The translations under genes and the position numbers were made by a program. A DNA stretch of 64,000 nucleotides, taken from assembly GCA_964036045.1 (NCBI GenBank), contig OZ038378.1, positions 199,516,001 to 199,580,000 of the forward strand, in the 5' to 3' direction. Source of the DNA: Eutreptiella sp. 'Long Island Sound 2002' (Eukaryota; Protista; Euglenida). Shown here piece by piece: positions 39,661 to 52,574 of this stretch (within the stretch, counting starts at the first letter, position 1; each line of letters starts with the position of its first letter). Below the pieces are notes generated by a model. The model was given only the letters and a program-made list of their open reading frames with translations. It had not been told where the DNA came from and searched no databases.

Positions 39661-40190
39661 GCCTCCTTCAAGGCGTGGGGGGGGGGGGGTTGTCGGGGTT
39701 GGACACCAACTACCCCCGCACCCAGTAACTGTTGGCCACAGGCCCCCTGGGGGGGTTTGGGGGCTGGGAAGGGGGTTGTGGGAGAGGCGATGGGGGAGGG
39801 GGGTCCAGGAGGGTCGGTTGAGGCGGGCGTCTAGATAGGGCAATTTGGGGGGGGGCATGCCCCCAAGGCCACCCATTGGTCAATCACAGACTCTTGTTAT
39901 CTCCCCTTGCCCTCCCTTTCTCCATACCATCACCCTAAACCTAACCCTAACCTTTGCAGCGAGCTGGTTCGGCCATGCTATCCCTCCCACACCTTTGCGT
40001 CAACAGCACCCCCATGTGCACCAACAGCGTGGCAACAGCCCGGGCATACCATCAGCACACACACCCTCTGTGTGCCAGCACACACAAAATCCCCTGTGCA
40101 CCGATGTGATGAAGCCTGTTGACTCCCTGGAACCCCGAACCATGCATTCAGAGCCCCGCTACAATTGTCCCGATATCATGAGGCACACAC

Positions 40191-40411
40191 CTTTGAGCAG
40201 CGCTGGTGGTGTACGTCGTGAACTTCTGAAAATGCATCAATAATCCAAAAGAGGTCTCCGGAATCAGATCCATCGAGTGCTTGGGCCCGGGCCATTTGTC
40301 AAATGGGGGCAAGACAAACTCATCAATACCAGTGATGGACTCGTACACTGCTTCTTCCACGAAATACAGTGCTGCGAAGCTCGGTCCGAGAGTTGTAAGC
40401 CTTTGAATGAC
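40191..40411 (-). CDS. Fusion gene exon 4
   Basis: ccaag|GTC...AAAG|gtgtgt, 221 nt. Phase 0 in and phase 2 out match both neighbouring exons. Reads VIQRLTTLGPSFAALYFVEE...TTSAAQR. Confidence 0.8.
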
Positions 40412-40639
40412 CTTGGAACCATGGACCACCATTCAGGGGCTGTGTCCCGCTGCCTCCCTCCACTGGCTTCAACAACACATGCTACTGCGGTTCTTGAACA
40501 GGCCTTGACGGTGACCATGTCTCTTCTTCTCTTCTCACCCGGGGCTGAAATACTCAGTCGTGGCATGTGCCTGGAAGCCCAATGAATCTTTGGGTGCCAC
40601 ATGCGGCGATGATGGGTTTCCGATGATTCAATTTCAGCT

Positions 40640-41340
40640 ACCACAGCGAGTTTCGAGCTGTTATGTTGAGTTTGCAGCTACCATGTTGAGTTTCCATGCA
40701 AAATGATACTTTTCTGCCTACCATGGCGAGTTTCCGGTCACCATCTTGTGTTTCAAGGTGTGTTTCACACGTGTTTCCAGGGACCATGTTGGTTTTGTGC
40801 TGACTTTCCAGCTGCCATGGTGCGTTTTCAGCCACCATGCTGGGTTGTCAGCCACCATTATAAGGTTCCAGCCACCATGATGAGTGTCCATTTCCCCTGG
40901 TGGGGTCCCAGCTACCATGCCCAGTTTCCAGCTACTATGCTGCGTTTCCAGCGACTATGTTGACTTTCCAGGTGCCATTCTGAGTTTTCAGCTGACATGG
41001 TACGCTTTCAGACAAAATGCTGGTCTTCAGCTGTCATGTTGAGTTTCCAGCGAGCATGATGAGTTTTCAGCTGCCATACTAGGTTTCCAACTTTCATATG
41101 GCTGTCCAGCACCCCTGCAAGTGTCCAGCTGCCGAGCTGAGACGGTTTCAGCTGTCGCAGCGAGGTTCAAGGTACCATATGAAATTTGCATGTGTGTTGC
41201 CATGTTGAGTTCCCGCCTACCAATGTGCGTTTCCAGGGGCAATGTATGCTTTCAGTGACCATGGGGGATTGCAGCAACCATGTGGAATTCCCCCCAGTGA
41301 TGGTGAGTTTCCAGGCACCATGATGACTTTTCAGCGACCA
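40640..41340. repeat. Degenerate tandem array, about 20-bp unit (CCATGTTGAGTTTCCAGCT-like)
   Basis: Many TTTCCAG / CCATG / GAGTT motifs in register. Confidence 0.8.
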
Positions 41341-41429
41341 CGGTGACTCTCCAACGTCTGGAGGGGGCGTAGTGAGTGTGTGGCTTCCGGTGTGGTGAGT
41401 TGGTTGTGGGGCTCCCAGAGCAGATGTAT

Positions 41430-41830
41430 GGACTTGTGCGTGTGGATCCCAGGTGAGGAAGGGATGTGGATCCCAGACTGGGGGGGGGGGGGGGCTGGGC
41501 GTGTGGGTCCACAAATTGAGGTCCGTGTGTGCATGCCGGACCAGGTGTATGGTGCTGAGTGTGTGGATCCGCGGACTTGGGTGTGTGGGTTCCGGACGAA
41601 ATGCATGGCGTTGAATGTGTGGACCCGAGTTACGTCTGGACTTGGTTGTGTAGGTCCGAGATTAGTTGTATGGAAGCGCGTGTGTGGCTCCTGTTGGGTG
41701 TATTGTGTGGGTCGCAGCTCCCAGATCAGGTGCAGGGAGATGGGTGTGTGCGTCCCGCATTAGGTGTATGGAGGTGCGCTACGTGGGTCCCATGCAGATT
41801 CGCTGCGTGGGTCCCGGACGAGGCGTATGC
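41430..41830. repeat. Degenerate tandem array (GTGTGTGG(A/G)TCC(C/G)G-like)
   Basis: GTGTGG(A/G)TCC motifs recur roughly every 25-30 bp. Confidence 0.75.
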
Positions 41831-42387
41831 ATCCGTACGGTGGCTGCTACTTGCACGTACTAGCGGAAATCAACACCGAACCCGGAACATACTCTGTGGT
41901 GCTTAATCCAAGTCCGGAGCCTCAGGGTTTGGGATTCTAGGGCTTTGGCAACTTCAGGTGGGTTGCCTCACTTCAGGGGGGGTCTGGGTAAGCCTGCATT
42001 TACCTAGGACACGATTTCACACCTTGGTTTTCCTCCTCACTGGTTGGTCAATCCCGGCTTCTGCCGTGCGGCGCTAACTTCAGGGGGGGTGCCTCACTTC
42101 GGGGGCGGGGGGGGGGGGCATTTTCCGGGTCAAAAAAAACTTGGGGGGGGGGCTTGTATTCGGCACCGCAGAGTAGCTGTGCAACCCGTGCCCCTCTTCC
42201 CCAGCTCTTCAAACACCCAAAGTGCCCCTACGTCCCAAGATCGGACCGAAACCCGGTGACATGATGCGGTGCACCGCAGGACGCTGCAGCAACAAAGCGT
42301 GGATTGCGAGTCCCTAACCCCAACTCAAGGGGCCATGGTCCCTAACCCCAACTCAAGGGGCCACGCAATTCAGAGGGGATCTCTCAC

Positions 42388-42981
42388 CTGCGTCCAGCTG
42401 CTTTGTGAAACCGTCCCCTCGTGATCCGAGCTGTCTCTCCAGCACCCGATGATGGGCCGCTGAAGGCTCTCCCCGAAGACCGCCAGCATCAGGTACTGCC
42501 CCAGACGGTTCCCAAGGCCGCCGTCTGGGAGGGCGATGGCCTTGATGGGACACCCAAGCGGGAGCTTCATGCGTCTCATCTCCGCGTCCGTGGGCAGGAA
42601 AGCGTAGCGTGCGGAGCAGATTGAGCTGGCGGGCACGAGACAGAGTGGTTCGGGCGGGAGCAAATCCTGCAGGTCTTCCTGCAGGAAATGGATTGTCCTG
42701 AGGCCGTGCGCTCGGAACGAGGGGTCACAGGCCTGAGAGTACATGAATTCCGTCAAGGCGTGCTCTGGCGAGACCAGAGCGTATTCCACAAATACATTGG
42801 GGCCGTGCCTGTGGTGGTCCCGGGCGACGGCAAGATACCCACATCGCAACATCGCTTGAATGAACTTGCGGTGCCAATAGCAGTCGGGGTCGTACAGCAC
42901 AAAATTCAAATGGCGAACTGCCACGTTGCAGCGGTGCGTCAGGACGTTCAGCATGTCGCGCTCTGCCCCTTTGACGTCCAC
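42388..42981 (-). CDS. Fusion gene exon 3 (end of methyltransferase, linker, start of fucosyltransferase)
   Basis: caag|GTG...CAG|gtgaga, 594 nt, open. Begins VDVKGAERDML (completing DLLK|VD) and contains ALPDGGLGNRLGQYLMLAVFG in the same exon. Confidence 0.9.
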
Positions 42982-43589
42982 CTTGAAGCAGGCCGAGGCC
43001 AGTAGCGTCAGCAGGGCCATGGAAAGACTATGGGGGAGTCAGTTATGCAGCGGTCGGTGGCATTGGGGGCCGACTTTTGAATCACTAAGGCAGGGGGGGC
43101 AGTGATATACAACTGCACGCGTCTTGAGAATCTGAAGTGCTTGAGAGACCCCAACAGCACTTCAAAAATGATGAGCAACGCCTGAATTCACCACGTGAAG
43201 TGCTTGTGGACAAAAACCATGTTGCTGAGTTTGCGGCGTGCGCGCTGTTGTACTCAGTTTGGAATGTTGCTGTAGCAATCAGGATCAGGACAGTTTTGCG
43301 GACACCGACATTAGTGGCGTATTTCGCGGTACTTGGTGGGTGGATCCGCAGCAAGGGCTCGGATGACGTAGCGGTTCATCGAATGGTCAGGGTGTATCAG
43401 GGGTGACACGGTGGCTTACTGGTAACACCATGTGTAGTTGGCCCTATTAACGAAAAGTACAGTTGAAGGCCTAATGCTGATGTTGTTTCACCGGATCCGT
43501 GCCTCATGAAAGAGGGGTGGTGGGGGATTGACGCTAATGATGGGCACCAGGGGGGGGGGGGGGGTTGGTGCTATCGAGGCCCAACGGGG

Positions 43590-43955
43590 GGGGGGGGCGG
43601 TGGCACATGGGCATGGCGGTCTTTACTCTGTAGACACTGTCTGCCCGAATTAGACGCGGTCTGCTAATTATGGACACTGCCGGCACGTTGTAGATGCGAA
43701 GTGACAGTATTTGGGAAGGGGGCCAAAGGCCCCCTTCCCCAAAAAACGGTCTGCTAAGGTCGTTTACCCATGCACATGGGCATGGCGGTATGTAGCCTGT
43801 AGACACTCTCTGCCCCAATTAGACGATGTCTGCTGATTGTAGACACTGTTGGCACGTCGTAGACGCGAAGTGACAATATTTGGGAAATGGGCCAAAGGCC
43901 CACTTCCCAAAACATCGGTCCGCTTAGGTCGTTTACCCATGCACATGGGCATGTC
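43590..43955. repeat. Tandem duplication, about 170-bp unit
   Basis: GCACATGGGCATG recurs at about 43603, 43772 and 43941. GTAGACACT..CTGCCC..ATTAGACG recurs twice. Confidence 0.85.
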
Positions 43956-44799
43956 TCTCGAGCGGCCGAAGCGAGGGAGGAAAGCACACAGACGCGGGCG
44001 GGGGGGGGGGGGGGGTCAAGTGCATTTTGGTGGGTGTGGCGAATGGGGAGGTTTGGCGCTGACAAGGCGCACAGGGGGGGTGCACTAACGAGGCACGCAA
44101 ATCCAGCAAAACGGTGTATAAACATAGGAGGCAATTGAGATGGTTCTGGCAGAGCCTGCACGTCACTTCAGCTGAAGGTAAAAAAACAGAGCATAATGAT
44201 GAACTCTGAGGGACACGACTTTCAGTGGTTGGCTGATGCACATGGCAGTCAGTCTGGGGTATGGGGTCGCCCCAATATCCATCCAATTCCAGGGAAATTC
44301 TACATATCACAATGGCTCATTGGCCTCCCTCGTCAAATTTGGCTGGGCTGACGATATGTTGGAGCGGAACGCAGCGGCAGATGAACTGAATCAACTTGCG
44401 AACAGTTTTCAGCCACGCTCAAAATCTCAATAATATCAAACACATGGTGCCATGCTGCACAGTTTTGAGAAACAATCCTGATCCTTGTGTTAAAACGACT
44501 GCCTTAGTGCCGAAGAGCCCACATACACATTGCTGAGACTGCATACTAATGACACCAATGACCCGCTGCATGACAGAACTCTGCCTTGCCCCTGACCCCT
44601 CAGGTCTCCTCCCTTTCGTCGCTGATTCACAGCCTCGAATGACCCACTGTTCTCACTCAACCCCCACAACGATTACCTCATTATCTCTCGCAACACACCA
44701 ACTGCCTGCCACGGCATTCCTTGTGGCCACCTTGCGCTGTTTACAGGGCTACGCCGCCTGTCCCCTCACCTTGGACCACTGATTCGCTAAGGCGCATAC

Positions 44800-45112
44800 C
44801 TTCAGCAGGTCTAAGGTCCGGTTGGCATGGCCAATGCTTTGGATTACTTCTTCCAGTTTGACAGTCCGGGGGATGGAAGGCCCATCCGCCACATTACTGT
44901 GGACGTTGTGGAAGTTAGAGCGGGCCCCCAATTGGTGCAAGGAGGCATTGAGGGCGTCAACGTTCAGCGGTGCATGACGGGGTTCGATGTCTGCAGGACC
45001 CGTGACATTGAAAAGATGCATTTCAGCATCTGGCAGCCCATCGCGGACGCCTTGCTCCCAGTAGACCTCCGAAAGAGGACCCATCGAGTACACCAGCCTT
45101 TTCACACCATTT
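44800..45112 (-). CDS. Fusion gene exon 2 (METTL24/Methyltransf_22-like core)
   Basis: gcag|A...AAG|gtatgc, 313 nt. Reads NGVKRLVYSMGPLSEVYWEQGVRDGLPDAEMHLFN...VKLEEVIQSIGHANRTLDLLK. Confidence 0.9.
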
Positions 45113-47733
45113 CTGCATCATGCGGTGAGGGGCACGGGTGATTTTCATGACGTAAGACTAAGACAGAGTGCGCCCTTGCTATGGTGGGCCCAAATTCGAC
45201 GTGTGCAGTACAGCGCAGTGCAAGTGTTTTGGGTTTGGGACGAGTTGCTTGGTGTTGCCCGGAGTAGGACCGGGAGGTGAGTTGGGATGATGAACGACCA
45301 TCCCCCATTGGTCTGGAAGCCATAACCTCCATCCACAAGAACACCTGGACGGAGCGCTTCCGGAGGGTGCGGGGGAGGTGAAGTACGAGAGAAAGTTGCG
45401 GGCTGCAAGCTGGGGACGGGGGAGGCTCCTGCCACAGCCCTTGTGGTCTGGCGGGTGAATGTGCTTGGTGTGCCGCCTGGATTGGGAAAGGGCGGATCGG
45501 TTCAAGCAATGGATTGCTGCACTTGGGTCCCCATTCGAACGATCCGTGGAGATGAAAGTGGGATGCATTACATCGGGAATGCATTCATCGTGTGGACAGG
45601 CCTCGCCTCTTTGGGGACCGGCAGTAGGCCGTGTGGTTGGCTTGGTGATTCAACGCCTCATCCGCCCAATTTCAACCCCAAAGCCAAAGCGGGGGACCCA
45701 ATTGCCTCACCAGACAGTCCGTGACATAACACCACTGACGAGATACCAATCGACCAACGTCGCCTGATCAGTAACCGCTGGTCACCGACGGCGGGTTGTA
45801 ATCAACCAGACCGCATATGAGCACGGCGACCGGTTCCCTTGGCCAGAGCTCCACTTAAGGGAGGGGGGGGTGGTCGGGGGGGGGGGGGGTCCGAGGGGGT
45901 TTTGGAGGGGGGGATCACCCCCTAACCCCCCCGCACAGGTCCCGAAGAAGCAATTTTCGGGCCAGCCCAGAAAGACGTTTACCCCAGAGCCACGAGGTGC
46001 CGTACTGTGTTGCACAATGGGGTTTCCAAGCCTTTTTCGAACATCTGTAAAGGCAAAAAGACCGCAGCTGTAGTCACAGCCTGCAGTAGCATCTCTCCTC
46101 ACTAGCAGCATACACAGGGTACAAGTAGCCAGACCGCTTATGCCGTGGAAAATTGCGCCAAAGGAGAAGAACAAAATTTGGCCCAACCACTTAAGGGGGG
46201 GGGGGGCTGGTCTGGAACCCCCCACCCCACCCCACCCCCGTACTGGTGCTGAGTTGTGAAGTGGAACTCTGCCCTTGGTCTCGCCAAGAAACAAGGTCTC
46301 ACAGGATCTTACCAGCCCAGGGGGGGCGACTACAACTGGTCCTGATGCGACACCCCCCAAGCTATCTGTCAAAACTTGCGGGGGGGGGGGGCAGTTGGGG
46401 CAGGGGGGGGGGGTTCGGCGGGAGGGTGGGGGGGGGGGGGTATTGGCAGCTTGGCCGGGGCGGGGGGGCTGCGCGCAACCCACTACTATCACATGCATAC
46501 CTCAAGGGGGTGTCTGGGGGCATGGGGGTATAGAGGTATGTATGCGATAATAGCGCTATCTTGTCTTTGCCAGGAAGAAAGTCTTAAGCGTCTTGAGGAC
46601 TAAAAGCATAGTACCCCTCTCAACTAAGCATGGGACAAAAAATTTGGCCCCCACACCGCTATCATTCAAAACTCGGGGGGGGGGGGGGGTTCGCATACAA
46701 GGACCGGGCCCGGCCGCCCCCCCGGGCTTACCACAGCAACAGTACGTGCACCTCGCAAGCTCGCTTTGAGGCCACCAACCTCGCTGCCCACCATGTGGCT
46801 GGAGTCACAGCGACTGTCTCAGGCGACGGGGAAGCGTATGTGGCGAAGAGGGTGGAGAGTACCGGTGGTCAAGGCTCATGTGAGGGTTTGGGACGTCAAA
46901 ATCCGTGGGTCTTCAAGCCAGGATGGGCAATCAGACATTGGCGTGCTCGGACATGATTATGTTCTGTCCGATCGTTTCCTCAATGATGGTAAGAAAATTG
47001 GTAGGGTCACGGCCTTCGGACCGGCTGGAATTGGTGATTGATAGAGACGACCCTGGCAATTGAAGTGGGTTCACAGGTATTCACGCTGCATGTAAAATGC
47101 TCGGCATCCCACTCAATTGCCGTCAACGGAATAGTGCAATGCAGGCCCCCTGCATTTGACTGCTTGGCACTAGCCAACGAGAAAAATGCCCGTCGCAGAG
47201 GCACAACATGCTCCAACAACATTCAGCCTCCCCGTGAGGTCTGCAAAGGCTTGACAAGGGCTCTGGGGAAACCAAAGCTGCAGGATGTGGAGCAATGGTC
47301 ATGCGCTGCCAAGCGTTTGAGGGGTGTCCCATTCGATGGGGAGGATGGGGGGGGGGGGCGGTGGATTCAATGGAGGAAGAGTGCGCAGGACCATTGGGGT
47401 CTTTAGGCACCAGGGTAGCGTTGTATTGTAGCCGGAGGAGTTGCCCACCCCATTCCCTTGCCACACGCCATTACCTTCGGAGAAGGGTGCCGCCGTTGAA
47501 GAAATGGATGTGCCGCATGACATGGGGTATGCTATGACCCGAAAGAAAACAAGATTTTGTCCCAAGCTTGGGCTACATGTTGCTTGTTCCGTTAATATTG
47601 GAGGTTGGATACAATTTGTATGGTGTGTTGTGGGCTTGATACGGCCTCTACAGCAACCTCTACTTTGGAGGTACCAAGGAGCGGGCACTCTTACAACATG
47701 GCAACTTCCCAAAGGGAAGGGGTAGAAAGTGAC

Positions 47734-47949
47734 CTTAGGGCCGTGAGCCCACAAACCCACATGCCAATCTCCTTGTATCTCCCATAGGCCACATGCGGAA
47801 TCCTTTGAAGGTCTTCGCAATGCCACTTCGGCCACCATTTATCATAGGACTCCGCTCCCAACTGGCAGGTACGACGGTTGTGCGCTTTCCAAACCCTTTC
47901 GTATTGTGCAAGCTTGTGTGCCCACGCCTCGTGGCATGGGGCAGGAACA
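47734..47949 (-). CDS. Fusion gene, first identifiable exon (METTL24-like N-terminal part)
   Basis: cctag|T...AG|gtcact, 216 nt. Reads WPKWHCEDLQRIPHVAYGRYKEIGMWVCGLTALR (the C...RiG...wvC pattern). AG|A joins exon 2. Confidence 0.85.
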
Positions 47950-50900
47950 CTAGGAGCTAGCAAGAAGGCACACACAGTGACAAGGCAGGGCAAATAACAA
48001 CAAGAGACTTATGTTCACTACTTTTCATTCCAATTTGAAATTCCTCAACATCATGAAAGAACACCCGCACTTATTGGGTTGACCCCCTTCCATCTCTGGC
48101 CTGCTCAACGACCCCACGGGGATCTTTTTGTCCACGGGGATCTTTTTGTCCCGGTAATTTTCACCAACCCACCCACTCCACTGACAAGAGGATGCACAGC
48201 CCCAACAAAGCTTGATCATATCAAGTGACCACTAGACCCTTGACCCACCTGGGAGATGCAAGTGGTGATGGCTAACAGAAAACAAAAGGCCAAAAGCCCA
48301 AAACCCAAGAATAAACATACGCCCTCGCCCCCACATGTGACTATGTAGTAGAGGCGGTAATTCATTCATGCACAATTGAAATGAAAAGTAATCTCAAATT
48401 GGTGACACCATGAGCCACATACAAGCTTTTGTTCTACCTTGTCCAAAACCCAACGGGCGCCGGGAAGAGGCAGGCTAGATTGGGCGGTTGGCTGATGGGC
48501 AATAGAAGCACAACACGAGGCAACAAAAACTGCTCACAAAGGCAGCATTCAAGACTAAGGGGTATACAGTGGCAGGGCAGATGTCTTGCTCTATGCATCT
48601 ACCAATCACTGCCTTTCGTTGTTGCCCATGCAACACACTCATGCTATGAGGGTGCCCTAGATGCGTGGGGGACACGGGGGAGGGATGAGGGGGGCGCACG
48701 GAGGGTATGGAATTGGCCGTTTTCAAGGGACAAAGATTTGCAACTATTTTGGGGTGTTTGGCATCCTTCAATACCACACAACATAGCACTTTTGGGGGGT
48801 GTTTGGCATCGCTTATGCCCTCCCAAGCCCTCCTATCCTTCAATGCCACACAAAACAGCACAAGATGGTGGCTTGAAGAGGCACAACCAGTAATTGTGTA
48901 ACCTCGATGGTCATCATTCTTCAAAAATATTGCAGAGCATCGTAAGCATATGAAATAAACCATTTCCAACATATGCTCTTCAAAAAGAGCATATCATGTA
49001 CTATGTGGCGCTGTGTGGCACAAACACAAAGCAAGACAAGGTCTATAGCAGCCGGCTAGAGGATCAACAAGAGGAGGAGGACCCCTCCCCCCCTCTATGG
49101 TCGGTTTCGCTGAAAGTAACCATTTGACAGGCTGATGCCGTCATGACAATGAACTATATACCTCAGATCCTGTGGAAGCGAACAAGGTGCGTGTTGATCA
49201 TGCCAAGCAGCGAAAGACTAAGGTTCCATGCCTCCAACCACTTGTGCTTACAAGGAGCCAACAAGCCATTGCCAATGCTACTATTTAGTGCAAGAGACAA
49301 TCGTGATATGTCTTTCCATCATTGTTTCACACTTGTAGGGACGGATGGAGGGAGGGTGGATCCGAGGGATCGAGGGAGGGAGTGTATGGGTTATGCCATT
49401 GCAAGGCGGTCGCAGGCGGTGGGCTCCCCCAAAGAACAGCCCTATCCTTGGAAACTCTCACCTATAATTCCAAAGAGTCCTTGTGATAATCACCGTCAGG
49501 TTTGCCATCCCTTTGGAGATACTTTGATGAATATTGTGTGGCCCCAAAATTACGGGGATGATAAATATTGTGTGCCCCAAACTACGGGAAAGTCGGCGGG
49601 TGCGTTTATTGGTTTGCTGGCTATCCTTGTTGTCGGCGGTGCCATGCCTTGCGGCTTTCAAGGGGGCGGGGAACGCCATGGATGCATCATCATCATGAAA
49701 TCTTGAGAGCACACTCCCGGGTCCAACACACGATGCACTTAACTATGTGGTGGCGAGCCGCAGCAAGCCATGGCTGGACGGCCAGCTAGCTGGCTCAGCT
49801 AGGTGAAGCCCCCCACCCACCCCACCCTAGTTCCACGGCTCCCAAGTATGCACCCCAGCGCCACAGCTCCCAAGTATGCAAGTTACTGATTGCAAGCTGA
49901 GTGTTGCTCTCAATCCCTAATAAGGAATGCGTAAGCGCAAAGTACCTCCATCCATCAAAGGATGGAGATACAAGATTTGTACATACACGCGGCCGCCTGT
50001 CCGTGCATTTGTCGTGGGCTTGCCGAATAATGTGATGTTTGATGATGAGGCGATGGGACCGCTTGCTACCCTTGAGATAATTTTTGCACGCGTCTAGCCA
50101 TGCCAAGCAACACATACACTCCCTCTACCCTCCCGCGATGCATTCATTCCTTCCTCCCTACAAGCCATGTGCTGACATTCATAGATGGATCACGATTGTC
50201 TCTTGCACTGTCTCTTGCATTTGGCTGGATGAATTGAACCTTGCACGCTCAACACGCGCATTATTGGCTTCCATTGGATCTGAGGTACAGCTACATTTAC
50301 CTCACCGTCGGATGCCACAATGGTGTCCTCCACATCGTTGCTTGGCGAAGCGCTTGAGCTATAGCTTGAGGTCTTGGGTGCCTTTGCTTTCTCCTTGATA
50401 GGAGGGTTGCGGCGCCAAGGACCCACCAGCTGCTATGCAAATGGAGTGTTACTAAATTAATGCGCACCTTCATGCGTTAAAACAATTTTTTCACCCTTGC
50501 CTCACCATGTCCATGCAAAGGACGCTTTGTTGATTTGGGAGCAAGAACTCCAAGTTGGCATCAATCCTTTGGTCCTACATTGATGACCTATTTCAGTTTA
50601 GGAAGGCGGGCACCTTGCACTGGTCGCTGTGCAACAAGTCGGCCATCACGGCGCCTTTGATTCTTTTGGCGTTGCATCGAAAAGGCCCTCGCTATGAAAC
50701 GGAAGTGAAACATCTCTACTTACACGTGCAATGGCAAGCATGTCGAAGAGCAAAAATCGAGTGGTGGCTAACAATGCCATGGGAGCAAATTCGACCACTC
50801 ATGAGGCATCGGCCGAAACACAAAGGCAACACGGATGCAAGCATCACATAGCACATGCATCGAGCGGTATGCAAAGAAGGTCCACATACAAAATGTACCC

Positions 50901-52574
50901 ATGAGCAACACCAAGAGGACAACACCCCAAGGTAAGATCATGCTATTTGCCATGCCGTCAATCAATATTTGGCCGCCTTGAAGATGCCAGATCATAGTTT
51001 GCCACCAAGCATGAAGAAGGCTTACACGTTTGTAAGCAATCGTTGAACGCTATAACACTCATGATGAGAGACTGCAACAAATCAGGGGGAGATGCAAACA
51101 TACTGACAAGTCTTCATCAAAACCCCAGGACCCCCGACGGGAAGGAAAAGTAGAAATAGCGCAAAGAAATACGCGTAGAAACAAAGGATCTGCCCATATT
51201 GCGCAGGCGTCTGACAAGTGGTAGTCAAATGTCACATCCTTGTTGTATTGTTGCAACATGTTGTTGTTTTCAGTTCACATCCTTTCAACACCTTTTCTTC
51301 TTCTAAGTGCTTTTTGAATAGGGATGGTATACAGCTCCAGTCACAATCAATGTTAGGTGCCTGCTTTGGGTGTGACTTGCACCACATGATGATGTTCTGC
51401 ATCTAGCTTACTGCTCTTTTACAAAATGTCCAGGAAGATGATGATGGAGAAGATGAGGATGCAGGCTGCCGGTGGTTGGCCGGACCGCCCCCAACCAGTT
51501 CGGTTGAGCGCAAAAAGGACTCATGGGACATGGCTCTCCCCGATGAGGCCTTGGAATCCAACAGAAGAGACCCTACCAGTCCGTGGTGGGAACATCCGGA
51601 TGGTATGTGCTTCTGCTTTTCTACATGTTCACGTACATATATGTTGGTTGTTTCCTTTTACCTGACTATTGTTCCTCTCTTTTAGAGCTAGATGGAGCTA
51701 CCCGGCTCCGAGCCATGGTACATGCGGTACTACCCTTTGAGGTGCGCTCAAAGAAAAGAAGAACACAAAGGAGAACAGGAAGAACAATGAGATGAAGAGC
51801 TGCAGGGAAAAGTTTCTGCGGAAGATATTAAGGCAGATAGCTTCTCTCACAACCTTATGCCGAATGACATAAAGCACGGCGCGAAGCACAATGTTGAAAT
51901 TTCACTGCATACGTGTTTGTGCTCTCCGGGTCCTCCAAAGCCCCCCGGAAGCCTCATCGCCGATCCGATGTTTGGGAGTAATAAAAAGAAAGCTTTGCAC
52001 AAATGCAAGTTGACCATTGCATTGTATGATATGTTTGTTTGTCATATACATTTTTCATTTTTTTGCCATTATGTGGCATAAATGAAAAAAAAACGGATGT
52101 GGCTTGCCCGTCAAGAGAAAGAGGCCAAGCCGTGGGCCGAGAGAGTGCATCCTATAGTGAACAAATCAGATAGGTGCTTGCACTCACGTTATTCACACAT
52201 TGCTGGCATGAACCTTGTTGTAAAAATATTTTTGTGTTCTCTCTTCGCACGCAAAAAGGCGGATGAGCTAACTCAACTGACACCGGAAAGGCGGACACAA
52301 CAACAAAAAGTGTCCAACAACAACCGCTACAAGAGCCAAGTATATGCTTTATTGAAGCGACTCACAGGGCCCAGAACAAGCCCATATATGTTTACAAGTA
52401 GTGTGAGATATTCATCGGGCTAGGAAATGGCTTCTTCGGAAGGTCTTTCACTTTTACTTTGGCTCATTACGGGCCCGTATATGTTTACAAGTAATTTCGG
52501 CTATGCATTCAGTTAAAGCATCAATCATGGAGAACGTCTTTGGGCGCGCTTTTTGTTTTTGACCTTACTCACGT

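Noticed and set aside
39933-39952. CCCTAAACCTAACCCTAACC telomere-like repeat
   Set aside because: Only about 3 imperfect units and interstitial. It is weakly consistent with TTAGGG telomeres but does not support a feature call.
12782-47949. Non-canonical (euglenid-type) introns were looked for
   Set aside because: All ten reconstructed junctions fit GT-AG with correct phase, so non-canonical introns are not needed. The taxon therefore remains an inference.
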